From a bacterium (lineage in GTDB: Bacteria; Hinthialibacterota; Hinthialibacteria; Hinthialibacterales; Hinthialibacteraceae), in NCBI GenBank assembly GCA_963663405.2, contig CAXXSM010000107.1, forward strand, positions 1 through 19,969: DNA of 19,969 nucleotides, written 5' to 3'. The notes under the pieces are model-generated. The model saw only the letters and a list, made by a program, of their open reading frames with translations. It did no database searches and had not been told where the DNA came from. The position numbers and the translations under genes are program-made. This document shows positions 1 through 8,665 of this stretch, in pieces. Each line of letters starts with the position of its first letter. Position 1 is the first letter of the stretch.

Positions 1-1413
1 GCCGGGGTGGAGGCCCGATTCATTCCATCGCTCAACGATTTTATCATGGCGGTTACTTTCCGGGATACGAGTATGCGAGCCCGTCCGTTGATGTGGTTCG
101 CTTCCATGCGGATGTGGCGGGAGGCTCCGGTGTTTGGTTTGGGGCATGGGCGGTACGCGCCTAATTTCTTAGAAACGGTCTATGAAGTTGGTCAGGAATC
201 AGATCCTGAACGGATTCAGCAAATTACACGTCAGATGAATACTATCCGTTCTGATCGCGCGCATAACGATTACTTTCAATTCCTGGCGGAGACGGGAGCG
301 GCAGGATACGCGCTGGTGTTGTTTCTCATTTTTTCGTTTATCAGCGCAGGCGCGCGGCGGTTGTTTGACGGTTCGATTTCTTTAAGGGATCGAACGCTTT
401 TGATGGGGATGTATCGCTGTCGTTTTCCTGATCGCCTTTCAATGTCTCTACGATTTTCCGCTTCGGCTTCCAGCCAGTTCTCTTTTCTTCGCTCTCGCAT
501 TAGGTGGAATTCTCCGGTTGATTCAAACGCGGGAAGACAATACTTTTCTCTTTTCGTTACCCAAAGAATCCCGTTGGATCTTCGCCGTTGTTGGGTTTGT
601 AATGATCGCGCTGGGCTGCGGGACAATCGTCCGGCATTTGACCGCGTCCCATTACCGTTCATTGGGGGAGAAACATCTTCAATCGGGAGTGGAAGGCTCG
701 ATCTGGGCAGGAAAAGAAACCGGGCAGAATCAATATACCCCCATCCAACATTTGCAAATTGCAAATGAAAGGTTGGATCGCGCGGCTGCCTTGTTTCCAG
801 GGGATGGCGAGATTCTTTTTAATCAGGGAAAAACCTTATTCTATCTCGGTCCCCGTTATCAAAATCAAGCGCTTGAACGGATTCTTCGCGCGAAAGAGAC
901 ATATTGCGTTCCAGATCTGTTTCAGATTCTCACCCATATCTACGTAGCGCAATTAAAGTTCAATCCCGCCCGGCTAAACTCCAATCTTTTGCTGCTTATT
1001 GATCCGGAACGAGAAGGGGCGCAATTTCTCGCGGGACGGATAGATTTTCTTTCGGAACATTATGAAGACGCAATGAATCATTTTCGTCAAGAATTGCGCG
1101 TCGATCCAGAGAACGAAAGCGCGTGGGAATATATCGGACGTATTTACGAAAGGCATTTTCATCAGTACGAAGCCGCCGCGCAGGCGTATGAAAAAAGTAT
1201 TGTATTGGCGCCCCAACGTTCTTAGTGTCCGCGAACGGATCGCAGATCTATACACTGAACACTTTCAACGATATTCCGAGGCGGAAGAGCATTACAAAAA
1301 TTGCTATGGAATTGGCCAAAGCGCGAAATGATCGCGCCAAGCAAGTCAGCCTCCAAACCAAAATGAATCAGCTGAAACTCAAACAAGAGTGGAGAAAGAA
1401 GCCACGTCCATGA
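1..1413 (+). CDS. O-antigen ligase (Wzy_C/WaaL-like) membrane protein with C-terminal TPR repeats; 5'-partial, three apparent +1 indels
   Basis: Frame open from base 1. Ligase-family motifs MWREAPVFGLGHG and RAHNDYFQFLAETGAAG. Removing one G at 405-408 gives GCIAVVFLIAFQCLYDFPLRLPASSLFF and joins ORF 518-1225, which has TPR-like repeats. Removing one C at 1211-1214 gives LAPNVLSVRERIADLYTEHFQRYSEAEEHYK (another TPR). Removing one A at 1296-1300 joins the tail ending TGA 1411-1413. Confidence 0.8.
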
Positions 1414-2113
1414 ATGAGATCCCGAGTGAATTTATTCTTGAAAGCCGTAATTTATCGAAGACATACATTACGGGTGAAGCGAGTCTCGACGTGCTTATCG
1501 ATCTGAATTTGGAGGTCAAGGGAAAACGAATTCATTGCAGTGACAGGAGAATCCGGTTGCGGTAAATCGACATTGCTGCACTTACTTGGCTGTTTAGACG
1601 ATCCCACCGGCGGTGATGTATTGTTTCGAGGACAATCAATATTCCAGTTTAAGGAACCGGACGCGACCGGCTTCGAAACCGGGGAATTTGGATTTGTTTT
1701 TCAATTCCATCATCTCCTGCCTGAATTTACCGCTTTGGAGAATGTGGTCCTTCCGGGTATGATCGCAGGGAACGTGGGATCGGGGATTATGGGACCGGGG
1801 ACGCACTCTTTTAAGCGAATTGAATCTATCTGGACGATTGGATTTTAAACCCGTAAAACTTTCCGGTGGGGAGCAGCAGCGTGTCGCCGTCGCACGGGCG
1901 TTGATCAATCAGCCCTCCATCCTGTATATGGATGAACCTACCGGGAATCTCGATCCGGCGAGAAGCGATGAATTGATTGATTTAATTAAAAAGAAACAAG
2001 AAGAGAAAAAATTAACCGTCGTGCTGGTGACGCATAATCGCGAAATCGCGGCGCGCGCGGACCGGATTCTTGTACTGCGCGAGGGGGGGACTTCACTCGA
2101 TTTCATCAATTGA
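1410..2113 (+). CDS. lolD: ABC transporter ATP-binding protein, LolD/MacB-ATPase type; several apparent indels
   Basis: ATG 1410 overlaps the upstream stop (ATGA). MNEIPSEFILESRNLSKTY..., then a +1 shift at G-run 1520-1522 into ENEFIAVTGESGCGKST (Walker A). GFVFQFHHLLPEFTALENV is typical of LolD. A further shift at about 1770-1800 leads into LSGGEQQRVAVARAL, YMDEPTGNLD and VLVTHN. Confidence 0.8.
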
Positions 2114-2545
2114 ATAGGCGGATATTTGATTTTCCTTTCGATTTCCTTTGAAATGTCTTAAGCCAATCGACCTCAGGCCGATATTAACAAGTGTCAGCCA
2201 CGGAAGGCGCGCAGATCCAAGGATGGATTCAGCCGGTTAGGGGATCGTCCTGGTTCTATCTTTGTTTGTTTCCAGCCTGATTTCTCCAGTCGATCCACGT
2301 CCTGCAATTCCTGGACCGCTTTATTGAAGTGAGGATTCACTTTTTTTGCGGTAAGTGTGAAAGCGTTTGTGTTAATTCGGTCTTGGGCGATGTTAAGGGT
2401 ATAGAAATAGAGATGAAGAAGGGAATAAAATGAATTCTCTGACACGGGAATTGGAAGGTATTTCCCGGTGATTGAGAAATGGTTTTCATTCCTCACATCC
2501 GAACAGAATCGGTTCGGCGCCCTAACCGGCTATTGTTTTTCTCTC

Positions 2546-3569
2546 TTATTGAATCTCGGATAATTCGACTACACGCTTCTCATCCAATGATCGTTTTGCG
2601 GCTAAACCGATGACTACAGCCACGCGGCCATCGGGGCCCTGCGCGGGTGGAGGCGTTCCATTTCACGATAGCGTCGACAAACGCTTTCATTTCTATGATG
2701 TACGAATCAATATAGCGTTCCATAAAGAAATTGTATGGCAGTGGAGCATGAATCCCTTCCTTGTCGCTGATTGAAGTGCGCGTAGGGGCGTTGTTATCCG
2801 CCGCCACCATGCCTTTGGATCCAAAAACTTCCACCCGCTGATCATAGCCATATACGGCTTGACGGCTGTTGTCGATTGTGCCGATCGCGCCGTTTTTAAA
2901 TCGCAGCGTTACCGCGGCTGTGTCAATATCACCCGCTTCTCCAATCTGTGGATCGACCAACACGCCGCCTTCCGCGTAAACCGAAATTATCTCATCGCCT
3001 GCAAGATAACGGGCCATGTCGAAATCATGGATCATCATATCCAGAAACAAACCCCCGGAAACCTTTACGTATTCTATTGGAGGGGGCGCGGGATCGCGGC
3101 TGCTGATCCGGATGAGATGTGGATCGCCGATCGTTCCCGCTTCCACCTGCCGCCGGACTTCGAAAAAGTTTGGATCGAAGCGGCGGTTGAATCCAATCTG
3201 CAGCTGAACGCCCGCTGTTTCCACCGCCTGCAGAGCGCGGTCAATCCGCGCTAGATCAAAATCGATTGGTTTTTCACAAAAGATATGTTTCCCCGCCGCC
3301 GCCGCGTCTTCGATCAATTGCGCGTGTGTATCGGTTGAGGAACAGATCGCGACCGCGTTGATTTCATCGTTGGTTAAAATCCGATGCGCGTCTTGATGGA
3401 CTTGTGAAACACCAAGGCGGGCGCCGCATTCCTGCGCGGATTGAAGGTTCACATCCGCCAGCGCTGAGAGATGGGTGTTTGGGATTCGATAGGCGAGATG
3501 CTCCGCGTGCAGGCGCCCGATTCGCCCCGTTCCGATAACTCCGAAATTTATAGGTTTTGTTTGAGTCAT
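2546..3569 (-). CDS. iolG: Inositol 2-dehydrogenase (Gfo/Idh/MocA family); apparent +1 indel near the C-terminus
   Basis: GVIGTGRIG Rossmann motif, CEKPID, GFNRRFDP, SGGLFLDMMIHDFD, YGYDQRVEVFGS. Removing one T at 2661-2663 restores a typical C-terminus VNGTPPPAQGPDGRVAVVIGLAAKRSLDEKRVVELSEIQ with the stop at 2546-2548. Located in an iol cluster. Confidence 0.9.
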
Positions 3570-3593
3570 AATAATTCCTCTGTTTGCTGAATT

Positions 3594-4496
3594 TTATAGG
3601 CCCAGTGAGCGTAGGTAATCACGATTGCGCTGGGCGCTATCGATGGGAGTTCCCATGCCGGGCAAGACGTCTTGCTCAACGACGATCCAACCGGTGTAGT
3701 TTTGTAATTTCAATTCTTTCACGATTCCAGGGAAATCGACTTCTCCCTTGCCCAGTTCACAAAATACGCCATTTTTCACCGCTTCGAAATAGTCCCATTC
3801 GTTTTCTCTCGCCTGCGCTGCCACGGTGGGATGACAATCTTTAAAATGAATGTGCCAGATTCGATCGGTTAGTGTCCGCAGCGTTTTTAAGGGATCACCA
3901 CCACCATATGTGTAGTGACCCATGTCGAGACAGAGACCGAGTAAACTTGGATCAGTTAAATTCATGAGCCGGTCGATTTCTTGCGGCGTTTCGATGTATC
4001 CGGCGCAATGGTGGTGGAAGACAGTGCGGACGCCGGTTTCCTCAATAACCGCTTTGGCGATTCGTTCGCTGCCTTTGGCGAAAACATCCCATTGCTCGTC
4101 GCTCAATCCTTGGTTGGATTGGATACGGCCCGCGCATTTCGTCCGAGTTTCTACGGTACCGTTCTCATCCGCGAGCACGATGAAGGGAGTGGGATTCACC
4201 GCAGTCATTAATTTAGCGATCCGGATCGCTGTGGATACGCCTTCTTCGTGGGTATCTGGATTCGCCAGAGCGACAGGGACGAAAGCGCCTGCCATCGCAA
4301 GCCCGCGTTTCTCACATTCCTCGCGCAGTTGATCCGGATTAGTGGGCATGAATCCCCAATCCCCCAGTTCCGTTCCTTCGTAGCCGGTTTGCGCTATTTC
4401 GTCCAAGACTTGCTCGTAACCAGCCGCTTCGCCTTCCAATCCGAATTCCAATACGCCCCACGAACAGGGGGCGTTTGCGATTTTGATTTGACTCAT
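3594..4496 (-). CDS. iolE: Myo-inosose-2 dehydratase (IolE-like, AP-endonuclease-2/xylose-isomerase TIM barrel)
   Basis: NAPCSWG N-terminus, GYEGTELG, FHHHCAGYIET, LCLDMGH, HIHFKD, FCELGKGEVDF and GWIVVEQD metal-binding motifs. Adjacent to iolG and iolD. Confidence 0.8.
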   Translation of the reverse strand: MSQIKIANAPCSWGVLEFGLEGEAAGYEQVLDEIAQTGYEGTELGDWGFMPTNPDQLREECEKRGLAMAGAFVPVALANPDTHEEGVSTAIRIAKLMTAVNPTPFIVLADENGTVETRTKCAGRIQSNQGLSDEQWDVFAKGSERIAKAVIEETGVRTVFHHHCAGYIETPQEIDRLMNLTDPSLLGLCLDMGHYTYGGGDPLKTLRTLTDRIWHIHFKDCHPTVAAQARENEWDYFEAVKNGVFCELGKGEVDFPGIVKELKLQNYTGWIVVEQDVLPGMGTPIDSAQRNRDYLRSLGL

Positions 4497-4792
4497 TATG
4501 TTCCTCGTTACCTCTGTTGTTTCCCGAAGGAATATTTAATACAATCAATAATGTGCTTCCATCTATGAAAAGTTTATCTTATTCTTCTGAGAAAGGAAAA
4601 ACAATCCTGGTTGGTTCGATCGCTCCTTTGGGCAGTGATATACGCCTCAAGTTTAAAAAAGGATTCCATACCAAGCTAAATTCATCTTACCATAAGGATA
4701 TCTCTTGACATAATGAGAGTGGGATGGGAATGTTAAGAAAAAGTTAGGGAGATCAGATAAAGAAATTTTCATATAGTGAAAGGGTGAATGCG

Positions 4793-6665
4793 ATGAATAA
4801 AACACAGCGGCTTACAATGGCGCAAGCCTTGTTAAAATTTTTATGCAATCAGTATGTGGAGCGGGATGGAATCGAGCATCGGTTTTTTGAAGGTGTTTTC
4901 GGGATTTTCGGTCATGGAATGGTGGCTGGTTTGGGGCAAGCGCTGGAGGAATACAAGGATGAGATGCGATATCATCAATGCCGGAACGAGCAGGGGATGG
5001 TTCATACAGCTACGGCGTTTGCGAAAGCGAATAATCGTTTAAAAACATTTGTTTGTACTTCATCTATTGGACCAGGAGCGACCAATATGGTCACAGGCGC
5101 GGCGACGGCGACGATTAATCGTATCCCCGTTCTTTTGTTGCCGGGGGATATTTTCGCGCGCCGCAATGTGGCTCCAGTCTTGCAGCAATTGGAATCGCCG
5201 CAATCGCAGGATATTTCCGTCAATGATTGCTTCAAACCGATCAGCCGTTATTGGGACCGGATCAACCGACCGGAACAGATTCTTACCGCCCTGCCGGAAG
5301 CCATGCGTGTCCTGACCAGCCCCGCCGATACCGGCGCGGTTACGATCGCGATTCCTCAAGATACGCAGACAGAGGCTTTCGATTGTCCGGAAGCCTTTCT
5401 GGAAAAACGTGTCCATCATATTCCCCGGCCACGGCCTGAGGAGGTGATGCTCGATCGCGCTGTTGAATGGATCCAAGCGAGCAAACGCCCATTGATTATC
5501 GCGGGCGGCGGCATTCTGTATTCGGAAGCGATGGAAGAATTGGATGCGTTTTGCAATGCCTTTGGCGTTCCTGTAGGAGAAACGCAGGCGGGGAAAGGAT
5601 CGCTTGTTTGGGATCATCCATACAATTTAGGCGCTATCGGTGTGACGGGAACCAGCGCGGCCAATCAAATCGCTCTGGAAGCGGATCTTATTATCAATAT
5701 CGGCACGCGGCTGAGTGATTTTACTACCGCCTCGAAAACGCAGTTCGCGAATCCTAACGTTCGATTTATCGGTATTAATGTTGCGTCATTCGACGCAGTG
5801 AAACATTCCGCTTTACCCGTGATCTGTGACGCAAAAGTGGGACTCGCCGAGCTGACCGAACGGCTGAAAACAGCGGGGGACGCGGCCGGATGAATCATAT
5901 GTGAGTGAAATCGCAAAACGGATAGGGGAATGGAGAAACGAGGAAGAGCGGCTTTTCTCGCTGGGCTCCACGCCCATCAGCCAAGGCGAAGTGATCGGCG
6001 CTGTGACGAACTTTGCCGGACCGAACGATGTGATGGTCTGCGCCGCTGGTGGATTGCCGGGTGATCTGCATAAACTCTGGCGTACAAAAGCGCCCGGCGG
6101 CTATCATCTTGAATATGGGTATTCCTGCATGGGCTATGAAATCGCTGGTGGATTTGGTGTAAAAATGGCCGATCCATCTCGCGAAGTGTATGTGATGGTA
6201 GGAGACGGTTCTTACTTGATGCTATCCAACGAGATTGTCACTTCGATTCAAGAAGGATATAAACTGACGATCGTCTTTTTAGACAATCATGGATTCAATT
6301 GTATTCGTGGTTTGGCGGGCGCCTGTGGAAGCCACGGATTTGGAAATGAGTTCCGGTTCCGCGACGCTTCCAGCGGATTGTTGAAAGGGAATCAGCTGCC
6401 GATCGATTTCGCCGCGAACGCGGCCAGCCTGGGAGCGAAGGTGATTAAGGCGTCGACGAAACAAGAACTTGAACAAGCGCTTGAGACAGCGAAGGGATTT
6501 GATAAAACCACAATGATCGCTGTCGAAGTCAATCCCGCCGTCTATGTGCCGGGATATGATTCATGGTGGGATGTCGCCGTCGCGGAAGTGTCCGGGATGG
6601 AAAGCGTGCGTAAGGCGAGAACTGAATACGAAGAACAACAGAAGAAGGAACGGTATTTCTTATAG
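4793..6665 (+). CDS. iolD: 3D-(3,5/4)-trihydroxycyclohexane-1,2-dione acylhydrolase (ThDP-dependent); apparent +1 indel at 5875-5879
   Basis: RLTMAQAL, GIFGHG, RNEQGMVH, SSIGPGATNMVT, LPGDIFA, PVLQQLE in ORF 4784-5893. GGLPGDLHKLW, YHLEYGYSCMGYEIAG, VGDGSYLM (ThDP motif) and SWWDVAVAEVS in ORF 5901-6665. Removing one G from the G5 run fuses them (AGTRPDESYVSEI). ATG 4793 preferred over GTG 4784 on RBS spacing. Confidence 0.92.
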
Positions 6666-6668
6666 AAC

Positions 6669-6696
6669 TAGGGAATCAATGATTCCCTACGTTTTT
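6669..6696 (+). terminator. Stem-loop with T-tract between iolD and the transaldolase gene (terminator-like or palindromic site)
   Basis: TAGGGAATC (6669-6677), loop AAT, GATTCCCTA (6681-6689): a perfect 9-bp inverted repeat followed by CGTTTTT, immediately after the iolD stop. Confidence 0.55.
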
Positions 6697-6721
6697 AATC
6701 ATTCAAACTTAGAGGAAGAAA

Positions 6722-7822
6722 ATGAAAAAGCGGAAATATAAGAGCCCGCTGCATGAGATGGCGGTAACGACTCCAACGGATTTATGGAACGATTCCTGTT
6801 CCGTGGAAGAATTGACATACGCCATCAAACATGGCGCGGTCGGCGCAACGACTAATCCCGTGATTGTTGGGAATGTGTTGCAGAAGGAACTGCATTTGTG
6901 GGAGGATCGCATTGGTCAACTCATCAAAAAGAATCCTACGGCTTCGGAAGATGACGTGACTTGGATGTTGATCGAAGAGATGGCCGTTAAAGGGGCGGAA
7001 CTGCTTCAGCCCGTCTTTGAACGGGAAAATAAGAAAAAGGGCCGCATTTCGATCCAAACCAATCCTAAGTATTTTCGCAATGCGGACCTGATGACGGAGC
7101 AGGCGGTTTACTTTAATACTCTCGCTCCGAATATGCAAGTCAAAATTCCCGTCACTCAGGCTGGGCTCACCGCCATTGAAGAAGCCACATGCAAGGGCGT
7201 CTCGATTAACGCGACTGTCAGTTTTACCGTTCCGCAAGCGATCGCTGTCGCTGAAGCCGTGGAACGAGGATTACAGCGCAGGAAAGCCCAAGGCGGTTCT
7301 ATCGTGGAGATGTCGCCGGTTTGTACAATCATGGTAGGGCGGATCGATGATTGGTTGAAAGTCGTGGCGGACCGGGAGGATATCATCACCGAACCTGGGA
7401 ATCTTGATTGGGCGGGAGTCGCCATCATGAAACGGGCGTATCAGATGTACCGCAAACGAGGATATAAAACCCGGCTCCTGGCCGCCGCCTATCGCTGTCA
7501 TATGCACTGGTCCCAATTCATTGGTGGAGATCTTGTGGTCAGTATTCCATACGGATGGCAAGTCCGCTTTAATCAATCGGACATCTCAGTCACTCCCCGC
7601 ATCAACCGGTCTGTGCCCAAGAAGATCGTGGATGAACTCCTGCTGAAGTTCAAAGAGTTCCGCAAGGCGTATGGAGAAGACGCGATGAGCGCCTCGAAGT
7701 TCGATACGTTTGGAGCGACGGTGCGGACACTGCATTCGTTTATCGCTGGGTATCAAGACCTTACCGCATTTATCCGGGACCGGATGATTCCCAATCCGGA
7801 CCGGCTGAAAGGAAAGAAATGA
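6722..7822 (+). CDS. Transaldolase-family (Schiff-base class I aldolase fold) protein with atypical active-site residues
   Basis: LWND, GATTNP, NMQVKIPVT (catalytic Lys), GVSINATVSFTVPQA, MVGRIDDWLK. RBS GAGGAAG upstream. Stop overlaps the iolB start (ATGA). Confidence 0.85.
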   Translation: MKKRKYKSPLHEMAVTTPTDLWNDSCSVEELTYAIKHGAVGATTNPVIVGNVLQKELHLWEDRIGQLIKKNPTASEDDVTWMLIEEMAVKGAELLQPVFERENKKKGRISIQTNPKYFRNADLMTEQAVYFNTLAPNMQVKIPVTQAGLTAIEEATCKGVSINATVSFTVPQAIAVAEAVERGLQRRKAQGGSIVEMSPVCTIMVGRIDDWLKVVADREDIITEPGNLDWAGVAIMKRAYQMYRKRGYKTRLLAAAYRCHMHWSQFIGGDLVVSIPYGWQVRFNQSDISVTPRINRSVPKKIVDELLLKFKEFRKAYGEDAMSASKFDTFGATVRTLHSFIAGYQDLTAFIRDRMIPNPDRLKGKK

Positions 7823-8595
7823 CAGACGATTTAATTCAACCATATTTGAATACACCGTTGCATATTGGCTGGAATCCACTCGTCGAAAACGATCCGGAAG
7901 TGAATATCACTCTAGGAATTTACAGGATCGCCAAAGGGGATTCCCATTCGTTTGTGTCAGAGCGTGATGAAATTGCGCTGATGTTGATGGAAGGGAAGGG
8001 AACTCTTGAATGGGAAGGGAAATCCGAATCATTCCAACGCCATTCGTTGATTGAAGATAATCCTTTGACGGTCCATGTGGCAAAAGAGACTCCGGTGACT
8101 ATCCGGGCGGAATCGGAGTGTGAATTCGCGTTTATCTCCACGGAAAATCCCGATTCTTTTACATCCCAATTGTATACGCCGGACGCGATGTTAGAGATCG
8201 ACCATCGAGGCAAGGGAATATTGGATGACGCCTGTTACCGTATCGTTCGCACGATTTTCGACCGGCGCAACGCGCCGGAACAAGCGCGATTGGTATTGGG
8301 GGAAGTGGTCAATTATCCAGGCCGGTGGAGCAGTTATCCACCCCATCATCATACACAACCTGAACTGTATTATTACCGTTTTATTCCCGATTGGGGATAT
8401 GGACACGGTGAATTGGGAGATCAAGTAGTTAAACTGCGTCACCATGATGTTCTGCGCATTACCGGTGAACGCGATCATGCCCAAGTTTCCGCCCCTGGTT
8501 TTCATATGTATTATCTCTGGACAATACGGCATTTACCCGGTGATCCTTATTTGGGATTTGAATATACACCGCCGTTCGAGAGTTTGCTGGATTGA
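7819..8595 (+). CDS. iolB: 5-deoxy-glucuronate isomerase (IolB/KduI cupin family)
   Basis: LVLGEVVNYPGRWSSYPPHHH..PELYYY is the IolB signature region. Also RIVRTIFD and HAQVSAPGFHMYYLW. Located in the iol operon. Confidence 0.88.
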   Translation: MTDDLIQPYLNTPLHIGWNPLVENDPEVNITLGIYRIAKGDSHSFVSERDEIALMLMEGKGTLEWEGKSESFQRHSLIEDNPLTVHVAKETPVTIRAESECEFAFISTENPDSFTSQLYTPDAMLEIDHRGKGILDDACYRIVRTIFDRRNAPEQARLVLGEVVNYPGRWSSYPPHHHTQPELYYYRFIPDWGYGHGELGDQVVKLRHHDVLRITGERDHAQVSAPGFHMYYLWTIRHLPGDPYLGFEYTPPFESLLD

Positions 8596-8665
8596 AAAAT
8601 GGAACGTAGAGATAGCTAATGTAAACGAGCATATTTGATTTGTAAGTTTTCTTTGGAGACCGAAC

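Noticed and set aside
2192-2218. GTCAGCCACGGAAGGCGCGCAG resembles the SRP RNA domain IV motif
   Set aside because: Lacks the CAGG/AGCAG internal-loop pairing and the stem closing a GNRA tetraloop.
2194-2496. 100-aa minus-strand ORF downstream of iolG
   Set aside because: No recognisable motif, an AT-rich low-complexity 5' half and no convincing RBS. It overlaps the candidate hairpin. Not excluded, but not supportable as a CDS.
4705-4740. Perfect TTGACA in the iolE-iolD divergent region
   Set aside because: No acceptable -10 hexamer at 16-18 nt spacing, and no convincing IolR-type operator identified.
5870-5905. Split iolD as two subunits or a programmed frameshift
   Set aside because: One base removed from a G5 run restores a normal full-length IolD, and the same error pattern recurs across unrelated genes.
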